From: Candidatus Shapirobacteria bacterium
Lineage (GTDB): Bacteria > Patescibacteriota > Microgenomatia > UBA12405
DNA length: 64,000 bases
Reading direction: 5' to 3'
NCBI GenBank assembly: GCA_016188545.1
Contig: JACPHO010000002.1
Coordinates: forward strand, 64,013 to 128,012
Position numbers and translations under genes: made by a program. The notes under the pieces are model-generated. The model was not told the DNA's origin and searched no databases. It was given only the letters and a program-made list of their open reading frames with translations. Each line of letters starts with the position of its first letter. Position 1 is the first letter of the stretch. Shown here piece by piece: positions 28,929 to 37,440 of this stretch.

Positions 28929-30053
28929 TTAATCCTGTATTCGAACAGGCATGATAATGTGGGTTAGTGTTGGATTGGAAGTATCTTGAAATAATCCAGG
29001 AGTCAGAGGTTCGTTGAGACTGATGATAATATTTTCACCTTGACAGATAGATAAAAAATCGGAAATAAATTTGTAGTTAAAGGCAATCTCAAGTGGTTCA
29101 CCTTCCACTTTGGAATCGACTGTGACTTTGTTTTGACCAACCTGGACAGCATTAGCTGAGACTTCAACTTGGTTGTTTTTGACAGACAGCTTAACAACAT
29201 TGGCTGATTCACGGGCAAAAACTGAAGCAATTTTTATGGACTGAGCGAACTCATCTTTGGAAAGGTTGATGGTAGTAGAAAAAGCACTAGGGATAATTCG
29301 GTTGTAATCAGGAAAGTCACCTTCAATAAGACGCGAAGATAGTTCAATATCAGGAGTAACAAAAACTAATTGATGAGAATCTTCACTGAGACCAAATTTT
29401 AATTTATCGACCGATTTTGTCATCTTGGAGACTTCAGACAAACTCTTTGAAGGAATCAGAAAAGTCAGTTGATCAACACTAGAGGGAAGAGTAATCGGTT
29501 CTACATGAACAATTTCTTTGACTGAGAGACGAAAACCGTCAGTAGCAACTAACTTGAAACTAGTAGAAGTAAAGATACAAAGAACAGCAGTGAGCACAGG
29601 TCGGGAATCGTCGGTAGATGAGGCAAAAACAACTTCAGATATGGCTGAGGAAAACTCCTTTAAAGAAATGTCGATGGCGGTTTTAGTGTTAATTGAAGGA
29701 ATGGCTGGATAATCAGAAGTTGGCGAAGTGGTAAAGGAAGAGTTGGCTTTTGATGAGGAAATTTCGAGTAAAGACTGTGGGTTGAGAGTAAGATCGAGTT
29801 TACCTGAAGGTAGATAGGAAATGAATTCAGTGATTTCTTTGGCGGGAATTGCCAAACTACCCTCGACATCAATCTTGCCACCAATCCAATAATTTATACC
29901 CATTTCAAGATTGGTAGCGGAGAGCTTGAGTCGGCCGTTGTTGGTGGTAAAAAGAATATGGCTGAGAATGGGTAACTGTGCTCTTAGGGCAACAAATCTA
30001 GAGACAGTGGAAAGAGCTGGGCTTAACGTTTCCTGGAGAAGTGACACCTTCAT
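28929..30053 (-). CDS. dnaN: DNA polymerase III beta sliding clamp
   Basis: 374 aa. Three-domain clamp-like composition. Immediately downstream of dnaA in the canonical dnaA-dnaN arrangement. Confidence 0.8.
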   Translation of the reverse strand: MKVSLLQETLSPALSTVSRFVALRAQLPILSHILFTTNNGRLKLSATNLEMGINYWIGGKIDVEGSLAIPAKEITEFISYLPSGKLDLTLNPQSLLEISSSKANSSFTTSPTSDYPAIPSINTKTAIDISLKEFSSAISEVVFASSTDDSRPVLTAVLCIFTSTSFKLVATDGFRLSVKEIVHVEPITLPSSVDQLTFLIPSKSLSEVSKMTKSVDKLKFGLSEDSHQLVFVTPDIELSSRLIEGDFPDYNRIIPSAFSTTINLSKDEFAQSIKIASVFARESANVVKLSVKNNQVEVSANAVQVGQNKVTVDSKVEGEPLEIAFNYKFISDFLSICQGENIIISLNEPLTPGLFQDTSNPTLTHIIMPVRIQD

Positions 30054-30403
30054 ATCTACAGTTTATAAAGTTTATAAGGTTTGTAAAGTTCATAAAGATT
30101 TGATGATGGTTGACGGTGAGGTGAATATGCGTTATTAGGTAAAAATGCTTTGTAGAACAGTAGTGTTAGTAGTAGAGTAGGTGAACAAGTTAATAATTAA
30201 CAATTAATAGTTAATAGTTGGGGATATTTTGAATATAAAATAATGTTAGTAAGCCGATAACCTTGGAGGTTAGTAGTAGATTTGCACGTTTTGGCTTATA
30301 AAACGAGCTTAGATTGGGGTAACCTTCGGGGGATAATGTGAGGATAAAATGTGGACAACTAAGTGGATAAGTATGTCAAGAAAGTGGATAACTTTAGTGA
30401 AGT
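30054..30403. promoter_or_regulatory. dnaA-dnaN intergenic origin element: DnaA-box cluster plus AT-rich 9-mer repeats
   Basis: TGAGGATAA 30338-30346, TGTGGACAA 30349-30357, AGTGGATAA 30361-30369 and 30382-30390 (consensus TGTGGATAA). Four tandem TTYRTAARG 9-mers at 30062-30097. Confidence 0.6.
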
Positions 30404-31756
30404 TTAAAAGGTCGACTTGATTTGGTTGATAAGTGTCCGCAATTGTGGATTAGTTGATAAGTCGGCGGCAACCTTGTCTCGGGCGTGCATGATACTGGTG
30501 TGATCCCGACCACCTAAAAGATGACCAACTTCTTTTAGAGGTAGGTTGATTTCATTGAGAAGGAGGTAGGCGGTAAGATGGCGGGCGGTGACTAAGTCTT
30601 TACGTCGACTGTTACCGCACAGTTCACTAGTTTTTAGATTAAAGTGTTTAGCACAAACGGAAATTATATGGCGAGGAGTGACTTTTTGAGAAAAGGTTGA
30701 GGCTGATGGAGAATCCGGGCTGAGAAAACTTTCAACAGTCTCAATGGTAATTGTGTGGATATTCTGGGATAGAGCAATGGCAGCAAGCTGCTGGACTTTA
30801 CCTTCGATATCTCGAGTGTTTGATTGGAGGTTATCAGCTAGAAACTGAGTGGCATCTGAGGCAATGACTATCCCCTTTTCGTTCGCTTTTTGGGTGATAA
30901 TAGCTGACCTCATTTCATAATCTGGGGGTTGGATGTCAACTGTTAATCCACCCATAAAACGTGAAACTAGCCGATCTTCTAGATCTTTAATATCGGATGG
31001 TTTACGATCCGAAGTGAGAATAACTTGCTTGCCGGCCATGTGAAGGGCATTGAAAGTGTGGAAAAATTCTTCTTGGGTGTAATCTTTACCGGCTATAAAC
31101 TGGATATCATCGACCAGGATACAGTCGAGATGGCGATATCTTTCTTTGAATTGATTGATGGATTTTGATTTTAGAGCTGCAATAAGCTCATTTCCAAAAG
31201 TTTCGGCGGGAAAGTATTTTATTTTGAGCGAAGAATTATTCTTGAGTAATTCATGTCCGATAGCTTGCATTAAGTGGGTTTTTCCAACCCCTACCCCACC
31301 CCAAATAAAGAAGGGATTGTAGGAAAGTCCGGGATTTTTGACGATTCCTTGGGCGGCGGCATAAGCGAAGTTATTACTGTTACCAACAATTAGATTTTCA
31401 AATGTGTATTTGGGGTGTAAGTTGGAACGGATAGAGTTGCTGTTTTGGATGGATGGTGGATTGTAAGTAAATAATGGGCCAGCTGGAGTGGCGACTGACT
31501 CGGCTTTAATAGGTTCTTGAACGATGAATTCAAGACTGTTGCTATTCTTGGTTTGGTTATCGAGAGCACTTTTAAAGAAAGAGTAGTACCTTTTTTGATT
31601 TATATCTGCGAGGTAGGCATTGGAACAGGCAATAGTAGCGACATTATTAGAGATGGCAATTAACTGAGTTTTTATTATAAAGGTCTGGTAAATTGAAGGC
31701 GCCAAAATTACATGAAGTTCCTCCTGAGTATTTTTCCAAAGTTGATCTAAGTCCAT
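30404..31756 (-). CDS. dnaA: Chromosomal replication initiator DnaA
   Basis: Walker A GGVGVGKTHLM. Box VII DDIQFIAGK. C-terminal DNA-binding HTSIMHARDKV. The ORF extends to 31843 but the extra 29 aa (…YVFTFYFLLFTLEV) come from an (AAAAGT)n repeat. The likely start is Met at 31756 (MDLDQLWKNTQEEL). Confidence 0.9.
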   Translation of the reverse strand: MDLDQLWKNTQEELHVILAPSIYQTFIIKTQLIAISNNVATIACSNAYLADINQKRYYSFFKSALDNQTKNSNSLEFIVQEPIKAESVATPAGPLFTYNPPSIQNSNSIRSNLHPKYTFENLIVGNSNNFAYAAAQGIVKNPGLSYNPFFIWGGVGVGKTHLMQAIGHELLKNNSSLKIKYFPAETFGNELIAALKSKSINQFKERYRHLDCILVDDIQFIAGKDYTQEEFFHTFNALHMAGKQVILTSDRKPSDIKDLEDRLVSRFMGGLTVDIQPPDYEMRSAIITQKANEKGIVIASDATQFLADNLQSNTRDIEGKVQQLAAIALSQNIHTITIETVESFLSPDSPSASTFSQKVTPRHIISVCAKHFNLKTSELCGNSRRKDLVTARHLTAYLLLNEINLPLKEVGHLLGGRDHTSIMHARDKVAADLSTNPQLRTLINQIKSTF

Positions 31757-31852
31757 GGGAGAAACTTCTAAAGTAAAAAGTAAGAAATAAAAAGTAAAAA
31801 CATAGTATAGATACGTTAAATTTAAACAACGATACTGGGGCAAAGTTTCGAG

Positions 31853-31884
31853 TTATCCACATCATAATAAATTAGTTTTCCACA
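31853..31884. promoter_or_regulatory. DnaA boxes upstream of dnaA (TTATCCACA 31853-31861, TTTTCCACA 31876-31884)
   Basis: One perfect consensus DnaA box and one 8/9 match in the dnaA 5' region. Coding-strand bias switches here. Confidence 0.55.
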
Positions 31885-31981
31885 TTTAACAAGATGTCAA
31901 ATCCCCTCTGTCTGCTGAATGGCGGACATCTCCCCTTGATACCCTAACGGGCACAGGTAAAGGGAGAAACACAAACTTGTT

Positions 31982-32437
31982 TTATAGACCGGCGGAGTAT
32001 TTAGCAGCCAGGCGAATTCTTGCTTGACCACCAATATCTTTTGGGTTAAATTTGAGAATCTTAGCATCGCCTATACCATCATTGTTTAATTTTTCAGCTG
32101 GTGATTCAGCAATTCTTGGTCTTTCAAAATCTGCCGTTGAGGCTATTTTAATAAAAGCTTCTGGGTGGGTGTAAAGTCGATCATCAAATCCAGTGACGGT
32201 AAAAGTTACGTCTGGAGTGGCGATTAAAACTTGTGAGTCTCCACCAGGATCAAATATGTTTTTACTAATCATAATGGGTTTTCCGTCCGGGAGAGTTGCA
32301 AGCATTAATCCATTTTTTTCTAAGTTGCCAATACTTAAAATTTCTTTGGCAAATTCCGGTAATCCTTCTAGTGTATCTTCAACGTCAGTAATGGGGATGG
32401 TATTTTCGTTTAAGTAGTATCTAGTACCGTCTGGCAT
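31982..32437 (-). CDS. Hypothetical protein (151 aa) between dnaA and rpmH
   Basis: Clean ORF with balanced protein-like composition. No motif recognised. Confidence 0.45.
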   Translation of the reverse strand: MPDGTRYYLNENTIPITDVEDTLEGLPEFAKEILSIGNLEKNGLMLATLPDGKPIMISKNIFDPGGDSQVLIATPDVTFTVTGFDDRLYTHPEAFIKIASTADFERPRIAESPAEKLNNDGIGDAKILKFNPKDIGGQARIRLAAKYSAGL

Positions 32438-32535
32438 AAGAATTTATAAAATAATAAATGTTATAAAATTATATCATTGGAAACAGCAGAGATTTGTCTA
32501 TTGGGAATTGGAGATAAGTAAGGTAGAATACTAGT

Positions 32536-32688
32536 TATGAAAGAGAAGGGAACATACCAACCAAAATCAAAAAAACGTCTACGAGTTCATGGGTTTCTAA
32601 AAAGAATGGCAACTCAGGATGGTAGGAATGTCATTAAAAGACGACGAGCGAAAGGTAGAACTAGACTGACTGTGTCTTCGGAAAAATA
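32536..32688 (+). CDS. rpmH: 50S ribosomal protein L34
   Basis: 50-aa product [46 protein letters not shown] matches the L34 consensus (…RKRTHGFRARMAT…GRKVLARRRAKGRKRLTV). Absent from the ORF track because it is under 60 aa. Confidence 0.85.
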
Positions 32689-32712
32689 AATTGTCAACTT
32701 ACACTCACAACA

Positions 32713-32761
32713 TTTTTTTCTCGCTAGTCAATGCTGGCGCGTTGAAGGCTTCGAAAAAAAA
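32713..32761. repeat. Conserved hairpin-forming intergenic element, copy 1 (T-run/stem-loop/A-run)
   Basis: TTTTTTTCTCGCTAGTCAATGCTGGCGCGTTGAAGGCTTCGAAAAAAAA. One of three copies sharing CTCGCTAGTCAATG…GTTGAAGGCTTCGAAAAAAA. Confidence 0.6.
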
Positions 32762-32807
32762 CATTATCTCGCTTTGTTGATCATTACTTTTTCAAGTAGA
32801 ATAGGAT

Positions 32808-33146
32808 GTGTTGAAGAAAATTAATCGTGGTTTAACTAAAAAAGACTTTGCCAGTATTTTGGGTGGGGGTAAGACCATCCAGACCCCCCTATTTGGAGTT
32901 AGATATATAAAATCGGAAGAAACAAAATATGGTTGGATTGTGTCGAAAAAAATTTCAAAAAAGGCTGTTGATCGAAATAAAATAAAAAGAAGGTTGGCAG
33001 AGGTTATTGCTAAAAAGATACTGCAAAATGTTCACCTGGTGGTATTGGTGAAGAAAAGTATATTAGCTGCGAAGATAATTGAAATTAAACAGTGTTGGAA
33101 TGGAATTTATGAAAAAGTTAGTTCTAAAAATAATTTTTTGGTATAA
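32808..33146 (+). CDS. rnpA: Ribonuclease P protein component
   Basis: 112 aa, basic, with AVDRNKIKRRLAE (RNR-like motif). Sits between rpmH and yidD. Confidence 0.75.
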   Translation: MLKKINRGLTKKDFASILGGGKTIQTPLFGVRYIKSEETKYGWIVSKKISKKAVDRNKIKRRLAEVIAKKILQNVHLVVLVKKSILAAKIIEIKQCWNGIYEKVSSKNNFLV

Positions 33147-33312
33147 AAAGTACCTTTCTGGGGGCTATTACTGCCGTTTTGCCCCGACTTGTAGTGAATA
33201 TACTTATGAGGCGGTGGAAAAGTATGGAGTTATAAAAGGGTTATGGCTCGGTACTAAACGAGTGGCAAAATGTCATCCTTTTGGGAAAAGTGGAATTGAT
33301 TTGGTACCATAG
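33079..33312 (+). CDS. yidD: Membrane protein insertion efficiency factor YidD
   Basis: YYCRFAPTCSEYTYEAVEKYGVIKGLWLGTKRVAKCHPFGKSGIDLVP is the YidD signature. Overlaps the rnpA 3' end as usual. Confidence 0.8.
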   Translation: MKLNSVGMEFMKKLVLKIIFWYKKYLSGGYYCRFAPTCSEYTYEAVEKYGVIKGLWLGTKRVAKCHPFGKSGIDLVP

Positions 33313-33315
33313 TCC

Positions 33316-34479
33316 ATGGGTTTTGGTAATGAAATAATACAAAAAATGGACGGGGTGCCTCCATATTTAAAAGAAGTTTCAATGGTGTTTGACCGAAAAG
33401 TGACTGCTTTAAGAAGTGAGTTTTTCGTGAATTGCAAAGACGGAGATCCTGAAGAAGTAGTTGGATTGTTTAAAAAAGTGTATTGTGATCGTGTGAAAAG
33501 TGAAGATGGGATGCGAGAGTCGATCTTTATTAGAAAGCCGTTAAAATTGGTTGATTGGTCTGATTTAAAGAATGAATTGTCTGAGTCTGAAAGAAGTGAA
33601 TACATAGTTAATGATTTAATTGAATCAACGGGTGAAGAAATAGCAAAAGTGGCAAAACATGATAGGAGTAAGGGAGCGGTTGAAGCGGCGTTTTTACTTT
33701 TAAACGGGATGCCTATTAACGTCGTAACTGCTGAATTAAGGCGTCAAGAGGTTCCATTTAATACTGAAAAAGCCGATGATCCATTATTTGCGGTGCTTAA
33801 TGAGGCAGTAATGGTGAGAAAAAGTATGGGTGAATATGTAAACACTCAGGAAATTTTCAATTATAAAGGTTTAAAAATAAATATAAATAATGAAGTAGAT
33901 AGCATCGGGATTCCGTTGACGGTATTTAAGTATTCAAGTGACGAATCTGATAGGCTCAGATTATTTCTTAAGGCAAATTTAGGAATAAATAATAAAACTA
34001 TAAGTGCGGATGATGCGACAAAGACGTGTAAGTGGTTACTGGAAAATTATGAGAAGGTTTATCGAGCTCAGGTGATAGATGGGGAAACAATTGCCCAGAG
34101 AATGGGAGAATGGCAATTCGCGAGAGAATATTTAGCTGATGTAAAAGTAAAAGATGTTAAAGACCTAAAAAATCAACATCAACTACAGTCCCACAGAAGA
34201 TCAATCGGTAACATGGTGGCCTTAAGAGGTGTGGAGCTATATTCTGAGGGTGACTATTATGAGGCATATACACAAATTGCTTTTGCTTTGTTTATTGGAA
34301 TACCGACAGATAAAATTATTGAGTTGTTAGATACTTATAAAAATGTTAGTTATGATTTGAGTGGAAAATCGAAAGAGTTTTTGTCGAAAATGTTGGTGAA
34401 TGCTAAAAAAGTTGAAGATAAAGTCAGACAGGAATTTGCAGAATTAATGCCGGAGCAAGTAGTCGAATTAATAGTTTGA
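33316..34479 (+). CDS. Hypothetical soluble protein (387 aa) inserted between yidD and yidC
   Basis: Long ORF with protein-like composition. No motif recognised. Confidence 0.5.
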   Translation: MGFGNEIIQKMDGVPPYLKEVSMVFDRKVTALRSEFFVNCKDGDPEEVVGLFKKVYCDRVKSEDGMRESIFIRKPLKLVDWSDLKNELSESERSEYIVNDLIESTGEEIAKVAKHDRSKGAVEAAFLLLNGMPINVVTAELRRQEVPFNTEKADDPLFAVLNEAVMVRKSMGEYVNTQEIFNYKGLKININNEVDSIGIPLTVFKYSSDESDRLRLFLKANLGINNKTISADDATKTCKWLLENYEKVYRAQVIDGETIAQRMGEWQFAREYLADVKVKDVKDLKNQHQLQSHRRSIGNMVALRGVELYSEGDYYEAYTQIAFALFIGIPTDKIIELLDTYKNVSYDLSGKSKEFLSKMLVNAKKVEDKVRQEFAELMPEQVVELIV

Positions 34480-34517
34480 TTTAGATATTGGACAGTTTCT
34501 TGCTAGAATAGAGGATT

Positions 34518-35348
34518 ATGAACATACTCGTCTCCCCTTTTGTTAATGCATTGTTTGGGTTTTATTATTTGCTGGGTAATTTGGGTTGGTCGGTAATAGT
34601 AGTGACTGTATTGATTAGGGTTTTGTTGATTCCATTAGTACTTCCAAGCTTAAAGTCGGCTAAGAAAATGGCAGTATTGCAACCGAGACTAAAGAAGTTA
34701 CAAGAAAAATATGCGGGGAATAAAGAAGGTTTGGCTAAAGCACAGATGGATTTGTACAAAGAAGAGGGAATAAACCCACTATCCGGGTGTTTGCCGCAAA
34801 TTTTGCAAATTGCTGTATTGATAATGTTCTTCTCGGCTTTCAACTTGGTGACTAACTACACAATCGGAAAAAGTGACGTAAACAGTATGAATAAGGAATT
34901 GGTTTCTAGCTTTAAAATCAGTGAAGGTTTCAAATTTGAAACTATGTTTTTGGGAAGTAATTTATCCCAAACTCCTGCGGATATTTATAAAACAGGTTTG
35001 GGGATGGAGTTCATCTTACCTTTAATCCTGCTATTAGGGTCGGGAGTGTTGCAGTACTTTAGTTCTAAGTTGATGATGCCGTCCTCCGCTGCTTCGCAGC
35101 TTCGGACTGGCAAGCCTGTTGGCAAAATTGACCAGTCGGCATATGTTAAAGCTACTCCAGAAAAGAGTGATGACATGATGGAGATGATGAGAATGCAATC
35201 GACTTATATGATGCCCCTAATGACTATTTTTATTGGTTGGAACTTTTCACTAGGAATGCTTCTCTACTGGTTTGTGAATAGTGGGGTGATGTTGGTGCAA
35301 CAGTTGGTGGTGGGGAAGATGGATAAAGATAAAAAGACTAAACTCTAA
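34518..35348 (+). CDS. yidC: Membrane protein insertase YidC/Oxa1 (short form)
   Basis: LQPRLKKLQEKYAGNKEGLAKAQMDLYKEEGINPLSGCLPQILQIAVLIMFF matches the YidC core. About 5 TM helices. Confidence 0.8.
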   Translation: MNILVSPFVNALFGFYYLLGNLGWSVIVVTVLIRVLLIPLVLPSLKSAKKMAVLQPRLKKLQEKYAGNKEGLAKAQMDLYKEEGINPLSGCLPQILQIAVLIMFFSAFNLVTNYTIGKSDVNSMNKELVSSFKISEGFKFETMFLGSNLSQTPADIYKTGLGMEFILPLILLLGSGVLQYFSSKLMMPSSAASQLRTGKPVGKIDQSAYVKATPEKSDDMMEMMRMQSTYMMPLMTIFIGWNFSLGMLLYWFVNSGVMLVQQLVVGKMDKDKKTKL

Positions 35349-35445
35349 ATACTAAAGTGAAAATTCAAAAGTAAAAAGTAAAAGCAAGGCGGTGGGCATG
35401 GCCCAGCCTACGATAAAGCTACGGTGGGCATGGTAGAATAGGCGC

Positions 35446-35916
35446 ATGGAAAATAAAGAACGTAATCAAACAATCCTTCAAATCACATGTGAAATGTTGG
35501 AAAAAATGAACTTCGAAGTTGACGATGCTTTCGTCGAAGACGTGGCTGAAGAAGAAAATCAAGTTTTGGTAAGCGTAACTGTGGCTAACCCAGCTGGGTT
35601 GATTGGATTTCGAGGTCGCAATTTGGCGGCTATCCAACTGGTTCTTTCCTTGGTTGTTAAAAACAAACTCGGTGAATGGGTAAGAGTACTCCTTGATATC
35701 AACAACTATCGTCAAGAACAGAAAGAAAGACTAACAAATATGGCGTTGAATTTGGCTGAAAAAGTCAAAGCAACTGGAAATGAAGTGGTAATGGCCAACA
35801 TGAGTTCTTACGAGAGAAGGTTGTGCCATATGGCTCTCGTTGAAATCGAAGGAATTACTTCGGATTCTGAGGGAGAAGGTGAAGATCGACATATTGTCAT
35901 TAAGCCAATAGCTTAA
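35446..35916 (+). CDS. jag: Jag/KhpB-like RNA-binding protein (KH + R3H)
   Basis: KH-like VANPAGLIGFRGRNLAAIQLVL. R3H-like SYERRLCHMAL. Canonical position after yidC. Confidence 0.7.
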   Translation: MENKERNQTILQITCEMLEKMNFEVDDAFVEDVAEEENQVLVSVTVANPAGLIGFRGRNLAAIQLVLSLVVKNKLGEWVRVLLDINNYRQEQKERLTNMALNLAEKVKATGNEVVMANMSSYERRLCHMALVEIEGITSDSEGEGEDRHIVIKPIA

Positions 35917-35964
35917 TGACAAATTCTAAAGTCAAAACCCAAAAATTAAAACACAAAAAAGAGT

Positions 35965-37221
35965 GTGGTATATTGGGGCGTGAAGGCTTTTTGGGAAAAA
36001 ATAGATGAAATGCTGTTGATTTTGCTACTTCTTCTGGTACCAACACAGCTTGGAAAACATTTCTGGCCGGAATGGAGTATGGTAATGGGGGTGAGAGTTG
36101 ACTATTTGTCCCCTACTTTATACCTAATTGATTTGGTGTGGCTGGCTTGGGTGATGGTGAAGGGAATGTTTTTGATCTCTAAAAAAAGAAAAATAGAGTT
36201 TAAAACAGTGGTAAATTTTCAAAACATTATTGCCACCCTACTGGTGGTATTGAATATTGCAATTGCTGGAAACAGATGGGTGGCGGTTTATAGGTGGTTA
36301 AGGGTGTTCCAGTGGGTAGTAACTTTTGGGTTGATTAGAGGAGATAAGTTGCTGGTGGTGAAACAGTTATTGTGGATTGTGCCGGTGTGGGTATTGGCAG
36401 AGACTATTTTGGGGGTAAGTCAGGTGGTTAAGGGTGGAAGTATTGAGGGGTGGTGGTACTGGTTTGGTGAGCGAAGATTTGGTTATAGTGGAATTGGAGT
36501 AGCTCAAATATCGTGGTTGGGTCAGGGAGTAGTAAGAGCATATGGAACTTTTTCTCACCCAAATAGTATGGCAGGGTTCTTTCTTTTGGTTTTGGCTTGG
36601 TGGAATGGGCAGAAAAAAGTGGAAAAAATAACTTGGTGGTGGGTGTTTTGGATGTTGATTGTGGGGATCATTGTTTGTGGTAGTCGGGTGGTATGGCTTA
36701 TGGCTGGAGCGATGGTAGTGTGGAGGTTTTGGATAGCCAGTGGGATGAAATTTGGTAAAAAAATACTCGGATATGGGGCGATATTGTTGGGACTAGTGTT
36801 AATTGTGATGGGGGTGGTGGGGATGAACTATCGACTGAGTGACTTTGTAGGTGGCTGGGATAGTGATAGCTCAATGAAGCGGATGACACTGAATTGGTCG
36901 GCTATGAAGATGTGGAAGGATAATTTTATTTTGGGGGTGGGGCTGGGGAACTTCACCAGTCGACTACCTTACTTTGTCCAAGGATTATCATTTTACTGGT
37001 GGCAACCAGTACATAATATTTTCTTACTATTGGCTTCAGAAACTGGAATATTGGGGGTAATGGGGATGGTGTGGGTGGTGGCTTCTTGGTGGCGAAATAG
37101 ATTGTGGAAAGAGTGGAAAATACTTTTGATATGTCTTATCTTTACTGGGATGTTGGATCACTATTGGGTTACTCTACCCCAGAATAATTGGTTGCTGGCG
37201 GTGATACTGGCGGTGTTGTAG
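35965..37221 (+). CDS. Trp-rich polytopic membrane protein, possibly an O-antigen-ligase/polymerase-like (Wzy_C-type) protein
   Basis: About 10-12 TM helices. Adjacent to Wzx-like flippase and DUF4012 genes. Assignment by topology and context only. Confidence 0.3.
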   Translation: MVYWGVKAFWEKIDEMLLILLLLLVPTQLGKHFWPEWSMVMGVRVDYLSPTLYLIDLVWLAWVMVKGMFLISKKRKIEFKTVVNFQNIIATLLVVLNIAIAGNRWVAVYRWLRVFQWVVTFGLIRGDKLLVVKQLLWIVPVWVLAETILGVSQVVKGGSIEGWWYWFGERRFGYSGIGVAQISWLGQGVVRAYGTFSHPNSMAGFFLLVLAWWNGQKKVEKITWWWVFWMLIVGIIVCGSRVVWLMAGAMVVWRFWIASGMKFGKKILGYGAILLGLVLIVMGVVGMNYRLSDFVGGWDSDSSMKRMTLNWSAMKMWKDNFILGVGLGNFTSRLPYFVQGLSFYWWQPVHNIFLLLASETGILGVMGMVWVVASWWRNRLWKEWKILLICLIFTGMLDHYWVTLPQNNWLLAVILAVL

Positions 37222-37440
37222 TTGAATTAGACCGATAATCGGCTAGCTTATTTAATCTCAAGCGCACGTACCGCCGTTATCTGAATTCTCGAAGATCTCC
37301 AAAGGGTAAAACAGATCTTCTGCGAAATCTCTACTCCGGAAACATGTTTGACTTTGAATTGACTTGATCGCTAAAGGTTATTTTGTTTAAGGTTTTGTTT
37401 GTAAACGATGAAAATTAATTAGTAGAAGGTAGAATACACT

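Noticed and set aside
30404-31843. Annotated dnaA ORF begins at 31843, giving an N-terminal extension LTYLYYVFTFYFLLFTLEVSP.
   Set aside because: The extra 29 codons are the reverse-complement reading of an intergenic (AAAAGT)n repeat. A Met at 31756 (MDLDQLWKNTQEEL) gives a canonical DnaA N-terminus, so the extension is treated as spurious.
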